A stretch of DNA of 64,000 nt from Adineta vaga (GCA_021613535.1 CP075496.1:4030001-4094000); one strand, 5' to 3'. Shown: positions 48,801-63,068, counted from the stretch's first letter. Numbers and translations: made by a program. The notes: generated by a model from the letters alone, not told the origin.

Positions 48801-51800
48801 ACCAGAAAGTCCAACAAGTACACATGTATCACCTTCACCGACTCGACGTCAACGAAAACCAAGTGAAAATCAGAATAGTAGTGCTGATTTGTTATTGAAG
48901 AAACTTCTTCAAAGACAAAATTCTGGATCAGCATCACCAATTAAAACTGAATCGAATCATAGTGATGATAGTTCATCAAGTCTTCAAACAACTAATAAAC
49001 AACGTAGTGATATTTTTCTTCGAGTAAGTTTTTCTTTCTCTAAATCATGGACAATTCTCTTCCATTATATATCTTTAGACATTACTCAATGATGATATTC
49101 GTCCACAAAAAGTTGTGGTCGAAGCTCCATTTACTGTTGGTACACGAAATAAATCAATTCGACGTTCATCAAGTGGAGCAAATGTTCTCGGAGAAAATAA
49201 TAAAACTACTAGTAATAATACTCGAACAACATTAAAAAATCAATTATCATTACAGAATAATTCAAACGGTGATCTATGGGAAAGTAAAGGGAAAACGAAA
49301 AAATCAAGACAATATTCGAATAATTTTGATAATCAAAATACTCCTCAACAGAAAAAACCTGGCAGACCAAAACGAGATGTAAAAATTAAAAAGAATCAAT
49401 CATTCCTTCCTTGAAAATTTAAAGTTCATCTGTATTTCTTTTTTAGCCATCGGACTATCTCCTAGGAGCACTTAATTGTCAAACACCACAATCTATCTTA
49501 TCGGATGGTTCACTCGATGCTCTTTTAGATAATTCAGCTAATTTAGATCAGCCATCACCTATTGTACTTCGTCGTACAACAAGACAAGCATCAACAACGA
49601 ATACACCGATAGCAATAAATTTAAAACGTCCATTTGATAATGATGAATATTTACAAAATTCTCGAAAACACCAAAAACTAATTCAGCAAACACTTAAGAG
49701 TGACGTGAAAGTGGAATATCAAGATCATTCAGTCATTTCACCATCAAGTGCAATCGCTGCTACAAAACCACTGAATCAGGTAAAATTATTTCTTAGTATT
49801 TTTACTTTTATCGAAGCTAATAGTCCTTTAAAAACCTACATTTCCATACGAGATTACTTTCATTACTAATCGAGTAGCAAGGCTCTCTAATAAGTCAAAT
49901 AGTATCGTGCTTATTACATAGGATTCGAACACTATCCACTCTGATTAATCGATTCACTTTCTTGTGAATAATTCTCACTACCTTAGTTTAAACTATGCAT
50001 CTAATTTGAATTCATATTTTCAGTTGAATCAACAAACAATCAAAATTGAACCTGAAATATATGATCATGTTTTATTTGATAAAACTTCTATATCTCAACC
50101 TCAAAATCGTCGATCGAATCCGAATTCGACTTCATCCAATTCTCAATCAACTCTATTACGTTCATTGATTGGTACTCCACAAAATTCATCAACAATAATG
50201 AAAAAAGATGCGCCTTTATATGATCTATTACAAAATTTGGATAATACGACAACAACAACACCAACACCAACAAGATCATCAGCAAATAATACATTATCAT
50301 ATCCGGAAATGAGTACTTCGATTAATCCACTTGAACAATATCTAACTCCAGTTCTATCTCAAACTCCTACAAAACCAAATGTTTCATCAAAAGATAATTA
50401 TTTAGCTGCTCTATTAAGTGCAGATCCACAAAAACCAAATGAAATCTCATTTATGCCAACAACTAAACAACAAACAGCAGCAACAAATGATACTAATCGT
50501 ATAACAGCAATTGCGAATGATTTATTAAATTCAACAACGAATGCAGCAACAAATAATTCCAATGATGATTTTCTTACATTCTTAGATAATAAAGATTTTC
50601 TCGATTGTTTAAATGATTCAACAACAATTGATTCAATTTTATTACAAAATTCTATTAATGTAATGGATCAAACATTTCTCCCAACAAAACGTACTGAAAA
50701 AGATGAGAAAGCTATTAGTGAAATTTACAATTCTTTAGTTACTTCACTCAATCCCGGTATGAAACAAAATCAATTTAAAGAATTTCAATCGAAAATGTTT
50801 ATTTCTAGGTCCACCACAACAATCATCAACAATGGATTCATCATTGATCGATCATAGTCCTTTCAGTAAGACTAAATCAATGAAAAGAAATTGTAACATT
50901 TTTCTAAACTATTTCTCTTTCTTAAGATTCTTTTGCCGGTGATTTTTTTCCTAATGAAATACTAAATCGAACAGTGAATCCTGAACCAGCACCACCTGTC
51001 TATCGTCAACCTCCTCCTCCTCCTCCTCAACCACCATCAACATATTCATATCCATCAAATGTAAGTCTTTCATTTCTATCTATTCCAGCCAAATCTTTCA
51101 TACTCTTGTTTACTTTAGAATTCTCCATTTTCTGATTGTCTTTCAATGGATATCGTGGATAATAATGATTTGTTTCCTCCTAATGTAACCATATCACCTG
51201 TGAATAACACTTATTCAACACAAAATAATCCCATGATGATGTATTCTCAACAGCAACAACAAACTCATCTACAACATCATCGAACACAACCAAATGTTCT
51301 CTATCGTCAACCATTACAACAACCAGTCTATAATAATTATGCTCAACCACCGCCACCATCAAATCAAGCTGTTCCTGGTTATTATAACATGCCACCACAA
51401 TCAGTCCAACAACAGCAACAGCAACCAATGTCACCTGCTCATCATCTTTCCAATCATATGACTAAAAGACAAACATTACTTCATCATCATCATCAGCAAC
51501 AACAACAACAACAACAAAGAAGTTCAACACCAGTGAATCAACAACAACTGCAATTGCATATGTCTATGAATGTTACTTTGCCACATGTATATAATAAATA
51601 CAAACTTTTTATGAACTAGATTATCAAAATTTATTTTAATTTTCTTTAGATAACATCAAATCATCAACAACCACAGCAACATCATCAGCAGCCGCAACAA
51701 CCACCACAACAACAGCAATTAGTGCATCGACGTACGTTTTCAGAATAGAGAGTAGAAGAATAATCTAATAAAAGTGTAATCATTTCATTTTAGAGATGTC

Positions 51801-54800
51801 AAATTCATATAATGATATGATGATGTCAAACAACAATGGTCCACCATTACAACAAGATTATCATCAATATTCAAATAATAATTCACTTGATCTTTCCTAT
51901 AGTTCCGATCCATTTATGTCACCATCATCGAATATGGGACAACAATCTGTACAAAATCGTCATGCAAATGTCATGCAATACCAACAACCGCCAGCAACAC
52001 TACCGCCATCGTCTCATCCACAAGCTCAAATGCATCAGGTATAGATTACTACTTTAACGATCCCTTCACTACATCTCTTACACTCTTCTTCTAATAATAC
52101 ATAAGTTTATCGACTTTAGCCTTTCATCATATTCACAACAAAAATAAACTACCTTTCCAAACTATTTAGAGACAACTAAATCGTATCGCGCAATTTCTTT
52201 CTGTTAGTGTTCCACATTATTATTAGCTCTTGTCTCAGACGTGATCTTATCTACACAGAAATCCGCTTTATTCTAATACAATTTGTATGACTCAATAGTA
52301 AATATTACTTCTAAATACTCATCAACGTACGTCACACTATTTTTCGTATCAACACAACATATAAATCTAAACTTTGGACTTATTGAAAAGAACTAGTAAA
52401 GATTTTATCAAGTGAAACTTAATTGCTCTGATATGGGACAATAAATAATCTCACGTTTTTTTATTGTTTTATCATATTACCGATAAAAAATGCTTCGACA
52501 AAAATAGATTTAGTTTAGAGTAACCTTTGTATAAGAACATTTAACTATTCTATTACATAAAACTGTTTTTCTCTCGAAAGTTATTGATGTGATTATAGTT
52601 TCTCGAAAACACCTTAATTAGAAATCGTAATTATTCATGACTTTGTCATCTGAGATAGACAATACTTATATGAATAGTCATATATTATAAAACATGACTT
52701 TGAATTAGAAAAGAAATTCATCTTCTTATCATTACAACTGCTTCAGAAGTCGTATATAAAAATAGTTCAAAATAACTCATTTGACATAAGAATATTAGGT
52801 ATATCCTACTAGATCTTTGTAACAAAAAAAGCCAGTGAAAATTGAATAGAAAAACGATGGTTTACCTTCTGTTGACATCAATTCAAACCATTGAAATCCA
52901 ATAATATAAGAGATAATGATATATAAATTAATCTAAAAATGAAAAGAGGAGAAGTTTTAGAATTCGAAGAACATCTACATTCCTTTTTTCAACTAATAAC
53001 TTTCTATCAAAAAATAAAGTACTTGTCTAGATATATATTCATCATTGTACTTCGTCCTTTTTCTCTTTCTCACCTTTTTATCATATGTCAGATAGACAAA
53101 TAATGCAGCTGACTGGTTATATATATTGATGTCCTATGCAAAAAAAATGAGTTATATTGATATAATTATAGATCTATGAGAGAACAAAAATAAAAGATCA
53201 GTACATTTCTATCAACAAATAACTTTATCGCCTACTAAATATTCTGAATCATTCCAGCTGATGAATAATAAGTACTTTTTTTCTATGTAAAAGAACAATG
53301 ACGAGAGAAATATTTATTTTGTCTAACAGAATGCAATCAGTATGATGACTTGAAGAAAATCCATAATGGTGCTAAAAGTTATATAAAATATATGAATTTG
53401 TCGGGAACTAAGAATCACGAAGATGAGAGAATAAAACGTCAACTCATTTAATATACAGTGTGAATACTTAGAAACAAGAAGAAAATGTTCTGATTCATGT
53501 GTTTTTCTCACTTCGATGATGATTCTATTCAAGGCTTTAAGAAAATATGATATATAGGAAGAAAAATGTACGGAACAAATCTAAATAATTCGTCTGAGTA
53601 CTGATTATATAATGATGAATATTTAGTGTTAATTCATCGTATTCGAATTTGATACATGCGCAAGAGAGAATGAAGAGAAATAGAAGAGGTCAAGGTAGTC
53701 GTTGGACGAGAAGAGAAGAAAAAGAAGTATTCGGATTAATCAATTGCTCATAGAATTTATCTTCACTAGTATCATTCTAAATAGTTTTTATGAATAAATG
53801 CATTAAATCAAATATATACAAAGAAGATAACAACCTTGAATTTCTAATTAAGGAAAAGAAATTACTGATCTGTGTGTAGAGAAGTTTGATCAGAAGAATA
53901 TAAGAAAATAGTTTATTCATCAGTTTTCTTTTCGTCATTTTTTTTCTTCTTCTCTTTCCTGCTTATACAATAATTGTATACATGAACAAGATTGAGTAAC
54001 TGACAGAAGGATGTAAAAAAAAGAAACCGAGAAGCACTATACTCATTGAATGGCGGATGTCCTCGAATTTCTATTCTCTCACTCTCTCGTGTGCGCGTAT
54101 GTATGTATATATGTGCTTGTGAGTTCAAGGCAGCACTTCTTCTCTTCTTCTTCTTCTTTTGCTTTATATTACATATTGGACAAGAGAACCTTGACACTAC
54201 TCGAAGCAATATATAGCACAAATTAGCTCATGTAATGAGAGAAGAGAGCGAGAAAGAGAAAGAAAGAAAGAAAGAAAGAAAAGGAATGAAATGATTTTCT
54301 TATAACTTCTATATTGGATTGACATACAATGAGATCAGATTTGAATATGAAGAAGAGGTACTATAGAAAAATTCATATGAATTCATTGAATCAATATCTA
54401 ATATTTCTTTTTTTAGTCATATTCAAATATGAGTGTGGCTTTATCGGCAACAATACAACAAAATTCACACAGTATGTTTCATGATTTAATTGAATTCTGT
54501 TCGGTTTCTATTGATTTTATTTGATTAGATTCAAATAATCTAATGAATCCATCATTACCTAATTTGACTCCTTCAGAAAGTCGTCAATCAGACGAACTTA
54601 ACAATCAAATGATGAATTGTTTAAGGTATCAATTGATCATTTAATGATCTTCGTTTCTTTTAACACAATAGAAATTTTTTATATATAGTTTTCAACCAGC
54701 ACGATGTACAAGTGAATTTGTACGTAAACAATTACAAAACACAATTCATGGAAGACAAAAACCAACGGGTGGAAAAGATATGTCTGCACATAATTCTCTA

Positions 54801-54996
54801 TCAGCAAATCTTGAATCAAGTAAATCTTATTAAATTGAATATTTTCATCAATGAAAAACATCTTCTCTTTTTCATAGATCAAAAAGGTGCATATTTTCGA
54901 AGTCAATTATCTTCTCAAATGTCCACACCTCCCTTACAAACAAATCTAAGACCATCACCCCAACAACATCCTCAATATCAAGGCAAAACAACATAG
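45862..54996 (+). CDS. NCOA: p160/SRC nuclear receptor coactivator (NCOA/taiman-like): PAS-A, PAS-B, LxxLL motifs, Q-rich tail
   Basis: Spliced IQQSDVSSSRPALLAQDALGPLLFE|ALDGFFFTIN...ISDNVGQYLKYSQ|EELAGRSLYHCVHPSD, RTFLCRM and DQFSSR. LxxLL motifs LRQLL, LEDLL, LKKLL, LYDLL and LAALL, plus DEKAI. The 3' exon structure, including the intron at ~52039-54416, is approximate. Confidence 0.85.
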
Positions 54997-55797
54997 TTTA
55001 TTGGCCGCTTTTGTTTTAATTTGACATTACGTTTTCATACTATGTATGAAAAATAGTTGAGGTAACTGGAAAAGAAGAAAAAAAATCAGGCGAAAGATGT
55101 GTTTTTTTGTGTATTTAAATTTTGTCTTTGATTTTTTAGTTATTGTTCGTATTTTTCGTGTTTTTTTTCTGTTTTGACAACGTATGTATCTTTGAGAAAA
55201 AGAAAAGGTGATGTTATCAGTCCGACTTGTGTAAAAAGAACGTGTGTGTATGTGTGAAAACAAACAGAACTATTCACTTTTTTTCTTGTTTCGTCTAATT
55301 TTTAAATACAATTTTTAGTGAATACTACCGCAGATTGGATAATAAGTTTTAAAAATGAAAGATCAACATTTTGTTACGCTTCAAGTAATGAGTAGAAGAA
55401 ACCATTTCATATCTTATCAGACAAATGATTTTCTCCATCTTGAGGGGTATTCAAATCATGGCATGATTATAAATAATCTTCTTGAATTTATGTGTCGAAT
55501 GATATCAATAAGATTGCACGACATACAATAAAATGTACTTTTATTTTATGTTCAGATCTTTCTTTTTAATTATTCAGTTTATTCATCTGTATCAAGTGAC
55601 GAATCGTCTATCTATTTTTACAATTTAATCTACTTACAGAAATTTAACTGTTGAATATTAGTTTTCTGTCGTAGACAATATCTATATTTACCAGAGATAA
55701 AAGTAAAGTCTACATTGAGTAATGAAACATACAGAATAGATGAATCTAATTTGATCAATACAAGATAACAAATTCTTGTTCGATTGAAAAATAAAAA

Positions 55798-56586
55798 TTA
55801 TACATCAACCATTTGTATAGGATTTTGACCAGTTACTTTTTTGATCCAATTGGTGAAAATATAGTACAATTCTTTAAGTTGTTTTCTCAAGCAAATCCCA
55901 AGAATAATAACTGAAATAACACTGAATACACAAACAAGAACAATCAATACAATTGCAGTTGGTTTAATATCTGTTTCTGTTGTAAAACATGCTTGAAAAA
56001 AATTAAATAATGGTGAAATATAAGAACTTGATTTCGATAAATCAATGATTAAATCGGTTTCATTTGTATAAAGATAATAGGCTCGAGTAAGTCCTTCGGG
56101 TGGAAAACTTGCTACTTTCATCATACAAACTGATGCATTATTCATATCGATTGAATTTTTCCATGGACTAAGTTCTTCCAATGATGTATCATATAAATAT
56201 GAATTGACTGTTGATTCTTTGAATGATAATTTTGTAAAATTATTTATAGACATTGATCTTTCATTCGTTGCAAAAAATGTCAAATAAATTTTTTGATTAT
56301 ACGATGCTGATTTAATTAATGTAAGTGATGTACTCATATTTTTTACATATGCAATGGATAAATCATGATCAGAAATAACCAGTTTCGGTCGAAAAATAAT
56401 AGTTAGAAATAAAATATCATTCCTGTTCGGTAATTGGACATCTGTTGTTAAACGTGTACGAGAACAATTATGAGGAAAATTTGCTACGAATGGTCGATGT
56501 GTACAGATTTGTTCATTGTTAATGTTGTAATCAATGGTATTAATCGATGAGATATGGAGAAAAATAATAATGATTAAAATTCGCAT
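55798..56586 (-). CDS. Uncharacterised single-pass type I membrane protein
   Basis: 262-aa ORF with an N-terminal signal peptide, several N-glycosylation sequons and a C-terminal TM (AIVLIVLVCVFSVISVIILGICL) followed by RKQ. Confidence 0.75.
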   Translation of the reverse strand: MRILIIIIFLHISSINTIDYNINNEQICTHRPFVANFPHNCSRTRLTTDVQLPNRNDILFLTIIFRPKLVISDHDLSIAYVKNMSTSLTLIKSASYNQKIYLTFFATNERSMSINNFTKLSFKESTVNSYLYDTSLEELSPWKNSIDMNNASVCMMKVASFPPEGLTRAYYLYTNETDLIIDLSKSSSYISPLFNFFQACFTTETDIKPTAIVLIVLVCVFSVISVIILGICLRKQLKELYYIFTNWIKKVTGQNPIQMVDV

Positions 56587-57027
56587 TTTTTTTAAATGTA
56601 CTAATAGAAAATAACTAAGTAGATATATTTATATGTGTATGATCACTTCCGAAGAAAAATCATCAAGCGTAACAAAAAATATGATGTTATGGACGTTTTT
56701 CTGTCATTAGAAAGAGAAAATAATGGATGTTTTTGATTGACAAGTTACTTTTTATTTTATCATTCAAATCAATGCGTGATTTTTCGTTTGAATGATGTTT
56801 GTAAGTATGAAAATAACGATAATTCTTTTGATTTTATTATTAAATACATAAAAAAATGTAAATGTATAATCTATCTGAAGATTCATTTGGTAGAACATAA
56901 ATTTTCTCGAAAATATATCATAAACTGTTCAAATAAAGTTCTTTGAAAGATTTATATATTACAGAGAGAAAATATTAAAAGCATTCTCCTATTTTAATCA
57001 TAATAGTCAAGTTTTGTTTTTCTTCTC

Positions 57028-58038
57028 TCAACACCATAACCAATCTGGATGATCCTTTGGTCGACATTTCTTTGGACATTCAGAATGTTTATCTGTCGTA
57101 CAATTTGGTCGACGACAGCCAATAAAAAGTGTTGGTGATTCTTTTCGTATTGGAAAAGGTAATGAATGAGGAAATCTTCTACATAAAAAACTATCATATT
57201 CAAGTGTTCTATCATGTTGTGTATTTGCGTATGGCCAAATGTAATCTTCAAGAAATGTTTGATCGCCTATACCTTGATAACAACGAACAACATCGGATGA
57301 AAGAAGATATTGCGTAAGATCTTTGACTAATGAACGTTCTTGATATGTTTTTATACCCCAAAGTCCTCCTAAGATTGGTGTTGTATGTTCAGGATGATCA
57401 CGAATAATCTGAATTGTATATTTCGAATCTAACCAAGTCTGAACAACAGTTTTTTCACGATCAATTATTGGAGAATCGATATCTCGAGACATGTATATAT
57501 CAACAAGTGGATCGATTATTGGAAGAAAACGATGCATTTTTCCTGGTAACCATGTTAAGATATTCCCTAGGATAGGTAGATTTGTTGAATCACAAAAATC
57601 TACATTAGAATAATTTTGTTCGATTTCAATAATTTCTTTATAAGTAAAGTTTAATGAAAAATAATAAACACGTATAATCCAATCAGGATATTTTTCTTTT
57701 GCTTCTTCAAAATATTGTAATAGATATATTTTTAATGTATTCAATAACTTTTGATTATCTCGTTTGGATAGATAAGCTGATACACCAATAACACGTTGTT
57801 GTCGACCACGATTTTTTGATCGTTGACTACATAACGATTGCTGACTTTCTTCGATCATTTGCGCATTAGGATATAAAATTAACTGACGACGAGCACATAG
57901 AAATCGATGCGTACAGGTACTCTTTGTTGCACACCAAAGAAAATGAATAAATAAAAGAAATATGATACAAGCCAAGAAACATACGAATGCCAAACAAAAT
58001 TCAATTAATAAACGACGAAAACGTCGTAAGAATCGCAT
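57028..58038 (-). CDS. Type II membrane protein, putative glycosyltransferase-like enzyme of an uncharacterised family
   Basis: Signal anchor; RFLPIIDPLVDIYMSRDIDS (DxD), RDHPEHTTPILGGLWG and DQTFLEDYIWP; C-terminal CPKKCRPKDHPDWLWC. Intronless. Confidence 0.7.
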   Translation of the reverse strand: MRFLRRFRRLLIEFCLAFVCFLACIIFLLFIHFLWCATKSTCTHRFLCARRQLILYPNAQMIEESQQSLCSQRSKNRGRQQRVIGVSAYLSKRDNQKLLNTLKIYLLQYFEEAKEKYPDWIIRVYYFSLNFTYKEIIEIEQNYSNVDFCDSTNLPILGNILTWLPGKMHRFLPIIDPLVDIYMSRDIDSPIIDREKTVVQTWLDSKYTIQIIRDHPEHTTPILGGLWGIKTYQERSLVKDLTQYLLSSDVVRCYQGIGDQTFLEDYIWPYANTQHDRTLEYDSFLCRRFPHSLPFPIRKESPTLFIGCRRPNCTTDKHSECPKKCRPKDHPDWLWC

Positions 58039-58077
58039 TATATCATAATCTAAAAAAAGAAAGTTTCGGAATAGATT

Positions 58078-60249
58078 TTATTTATTTTTTTCTGACAATT
58101 TAAAAATTCGTTCAAGATATATACGTCTATTTTCATATATTTGTTGCCAATATCTATTATATTGATCGAAAATATTTCTTTTTTGATTATTATAATGTAT
58201 TGTTGATGCACAGGCATATCGACTAGGATTATGTTCTTTAAAATATTCTCCACAATCATCATTTGATCGATAACTAATAAATACACCTAGATTTAATCGT
58301 TCAATACCAACATATTCCGGAAGAATACCAGTAACATAAACATCAGAGAGATGAAATGGTTGTTTATCACGAAGAAATGTACAGAGTAGTTTTGAACGTG
58401 CAGGACGATTAACAATATAACCAAAACCACTCATATAATATGGATAATATCTACATGGATATTCACTACGTGTAACAATATAACGTGAACCTTCAAGTAT
58501 TGGATCTGATGCATGTCGAACGACTTTTGCATCTTTCAATGAAACACCATATATCATTGCAGATGTATCTGAAGCATCACAAGTCGATGTTAATCGATTA
58601 GTTACATTTGATGAAACAATTGTATTGATTATATTTGCTAATAAAAAAATATTAAGAAAAATATCATCATCAGTTTTCACTGTTGTTAATGTTTCAGGAC
58701 AATATGTACTTGTCCAATGTAATATGGCCATATCTCGATAACTTGATAAGATATAATTTTCAGGTAAACGAACTTGAATAATATCATGATGTATAGATTG
58801 TTCTAATTTAATACTTAATAAATGAGATTCATCGATATCAATGAGAAAAAGAAGTTTTAATTGAAGATAAGAATATTTTTCGATCGATTTTATATGATTA
58901 AAATCACCCCATGTACGACGAATAGCATTACGAGATTCAACATTAGTAGATTTTGAAACAACAAAAATAAGAGCATGTAATTTTAAAGAATCACAGACAT
59001 TGGCATTGTCTAATTCATAAATAAAATCACTACGAAATGGCTTTTGTTCAAAGAGTTCTTGAGGACTAAAAATAGAATTATTTATTAAAAAGATAAGTAA
59101 ATATGATTTTATCTCATGAAAGCTTTGTCAATTGACAAAAGGTCACGTTCAATATTTAGAAATTTATCAACAGATTGTTCATGCTTATGGCATTTGTTTT
59201 TTTTCTTTCTTGCTTTCTCGATATAAGTTCTTATTTTTTATGATATTTACTTTGCAGACAGTTTGAATACTGAATCAGATACTTCAAATCAAGCTCTCAC
59301 TAGTAAAAGTTGGGCGCAATTTCTGTTCAGCAACTAAACAAGCATATGATAATGATGCTTAGAGAAATTGATAAAATTTCATTTATTTTTAACAACTGAA
59401 TGTCTTACAATCGATCGAAATAATGCGTCTGGTATTTCGCATGCATCTAGTTTTCTATTTTCTCATCTCCTTAGAAAAAAAAGGATTTCATGCTGTGCCT
59501 CTCAATTGAATATGTCATATGAGAACAAACCCCGTAAACTATGCGATGTAACTTACAAAACCTACGAAACAATACGGTTGTTGCTTTTATTATTTTTATG
59601 ATAAATATTCTTTCGTTCGTAGTATGTAAGATGAAGGCGAAGGCGCGTTCGAAGGATGCTGCTATTAGTGACAGGTAAAATGTTTGAAAATAACTTTTTT
59701 TATTGGTTGATCTTTTTATCGAATGTCAAAGAGAAATGAGTTATTTTTCGTTGCGAATAAAATGAGTTGATATCTGTTTGAATATCGTATAACCTCTATA
59801 AATCGTTATTTCGTACTTGACAGGTTCGTATCAACGAATATCGCCGTAATGTCAACATGTCTCATTAGTCAGCCTTTAAAACCGGTCTATCGCTCCTTAT
59901 CTATACAATTACAAATATTCATCTGATTTAGTTTATTACTTTTACTTTATTGAACGATTGTAATAAAAAAAATAGAGGAATAGAAGAGCTGTTTCTCGTC
60001 TATAATTTGCTATGACGATTCGTTTTGTACGGAAAATAAGATCATATATCTGGCATACCTTTTATCGTCCATAAAATGTGTACGAATAATATTTTTATCA
60101 CAATTTCTGGGCAAATCTGCATCTTCTTCATTTTCGACAAATAATGATCGTACAAATAATCCAATTGGAAAGACCAAAATTAGTGATAAGACGATACTTA
60201 AACTGATATATACAAATCGTCGACGTTGATGTCGTGTCAAAATACTCAT
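58078..60249 (-). CDS. Beta-1,3-glycosyltransferase (GT31/B3GALT family); exons 60249-60059 and 59065-58078
   Basis: The signal-anchor exon splices in phase (AG|T) to an exon containing RNAIRRTWG, EQSIHHDII, VKTDDDIFLN, YPYYMSGFGY and SDVYVTGIL. Confidence 0.9.
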
Positions 60250-61731
60250 TTTCGTGTATTATCAACTGTACATGATATTTTTGAGAGAAAATCTAGAAAG
60301 TTAGACTTGATTATATATTTCTAATCCATATTTTTCTCTTCATCAAACTTTCGTGTATAATGAAAATACCAGATATATGCGATGGATGAATAATATTTTG
60401 TATTTATTATTACGTTTCGCACTCATTTTTAAAGGAATGTTCTTCTTTTTTTCTTTTTCTTTTTACAGATACACATTTACCTTGCTAGGTAAGTGATGCA
60501 ACAAATACATGCTTGCCCTTATCAATGTGCCTCGTATTTTCTTTTCCACATGAGTGAATCAACGGTATAAGAGTTATTGTATTAGAATACGTTAAGAAAA
60601 TGTTGGTTTTTTATTGATATTATAATCAGACAAAAGAGCTAAATATGCACTGTCAATACATTTGATATTAATTAATAAAACTATCAAAATTTTTATTGAG
60701 ACGTATATATAATGAAGTTATTTGTTTTATATACATATTTCATTCATATCAAAGATGAAATTCAAAGAACTACTATAAACTCTCTTTTTATGATGTTAAA
60801 CTTACTTGTTTAAGATAAGAGACACATCATGATCGATGTGCTTATTCTTAATATCAACTCGAGAATAAAACCATATAAAATAGTTTTGTTGAAGATAATA
60901 TTCTTCAAAATAATGAGTAGATAAGCAAAGGAAATTAAGATCATAGTATCGCTCGCAATTACTTTATACAATTTGATTAAAATCAACATTTGTCTATATG
61001 TACTTATGCAGTGTCTTACCTGATGCTCAGGTCGTCACGAGATCAATGCGTTTGACTTTTTTAAATTATAATGATTACATATAATAAAAAATCACATTAT
61101 TCTTTCGATATGTTTTAATGTGCGATCAATTATAATCTTGTCATAGAATGTGCAATCTGAATATAGTTAAATATACCATATGACCTATGGTAACTCCTCT
61201 CATCTCATGTGACCGTTACGCTTGACTAGCATCCATTATCCTGTCTTTTGTAGTATTGATATTCGATTTGTATTTCTCTGATTTTACACTGAGAATAAAT
61301 TAACATACAATCGAACAATTCTTTTTCATAGAATGATGTCATAAATGTAACTTTGAGACAGAACAAAGTGAATTATATTTATATTAAAAAAGAAAAAATG
61401 ATATCCCTGATAGATTTTTTATTATAATCATCATTTATAAAAGTTATAGTTTATTCTAAATGTATATAATACGAATCATCTCATTTATTAATTATGTATA
61501 GCATTTTCTTTCAACATCAACGAAATGTTCATGAAGAAATATTCATTTCGGTCAGTAGATGTCTCTAACATCATGTGAACCTCTAGTCTTGTCAGCAAAA
61601 GTTAATATATAAATGGCGACATTTCTTCATAATTATAGACAAGTTACTTTTGTTTTGTTTGCTCTCGTTGAAATATCTTCATCATTATATTATTTGTTAT
61701 TTCATTGTCAAAAAAGAATTTTTCATTTTTC

Positions 61732-62902
61732 ATGTCTACAATGTCTAATCGATCACGAAATAAATCGGAACAACAAACAGATTTACGAATGATTGATAAA
61801 ATGCATTCTCTTAAAGTTGACAACTTAGCATATCGTACTCGCGTCATTGATTTAAAACGATGTTTCGAAAAATTTGGTCCTATTGGTGATATCTATGTTC
61901 CTCGAGATCAATTTTCACATTCAAATCGTGGTTATGCTTTTGTTCGGTATGTCTTTATTTTTTTTAAATGCAAATTAACTTTTCTTATTTGATTTTTATT
62001 CAAGTTTTCTTGAAAAACGTGATGCAGAACATGCCATTGATCGTATGGATCGTGCCGATATTGACGGGCGAGAAATTCGTGTTCAATTAGCTCGTTATAA
62101 TCGAGGTGCAAGTACAAGTGGTCGCAATAAACTTCGTTCTCGTCGGTAAGATTTTGCTAACAAAAATGATAAAATTCAGAAAGAAGGCACATTTCTCTAC
62201 AAATTATTCCCATTCGATTAGAATAAACAAAAAAAGAAAACAAGCTTGTTTATCTCTATTCATACGGTTGGTTTCCTGAACAAAGATCCTGCATTCAAGC
62301 TATTGAGAATATAATAAAAAAAAACCTGTTGGGTTATCCCGGTGTTTTTTTATGCGGCATTTTCGATCTGACTGATGCAAACTAAACAGAGCGAGATTGC
62401 AGTTATATTCCTGTTGTTTTAACAGATCAGATGTAAGATATACATGTTTCGTCAATGACATAGTTTTCTTTCTAAGCTATCAGTTTGCATATTATTTATA
62501 CAAAAACAAACGGAATTTGTTTTCTGCTTATTTTCTTAATAGAAATTTTTATGAATACTTTCTTTGTAAATCTTAGATCACGTTCTGGATCGAAATCTCG
62601 ACGACGTTCAAGAGATCGATCACGAAGTACTAGTGCTGACCATAATCGTAATGATCATCGACAGTAAGTTTGAAATATTGATACATCATGTTTGCTATAC
62701 ACTTTCCCGGAATTTAGTTCACGTTCTCGGCCAACACGTCGATCACGATCAAGATCGCGGTAAGTGTTCTAGAAAATATTAAGAAACAAAACTAACCTAT
62801 GAGATATCATTCGACTTAATTGTATCTTTTATATATTTTAGTTCTCAACGAAAGAATCATTCTGAATCTGATCAAGATGATAATCAACATGACAATAAAT
62901 AG
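61732..62902 (+). CDS. SRSF2: Serine/arginine-rich splicing factor 2 (SC35)-like, 5 coding exons
   Basis: [11 protein letters not shown]...[15 protein letters not shown]...[20 protein letters not shown]...[12 protein letters not shown] followed by an RS domain. Confidence 0.9.
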
Positions 62903-63068
62903 AACTCTTATTTCAAATTAATAAACAAAACCTTTGTTCTTTTTTTTTCTATAGTTACTCAACTATATACATAAATACACTAATCATTTTGGCTGATTCA
63001 TAAATAAATATAATTCCGATTTCAGATAGAAATAGTTCAAAGTTTTTTTTTCTCTCTTCTCCAAATCA

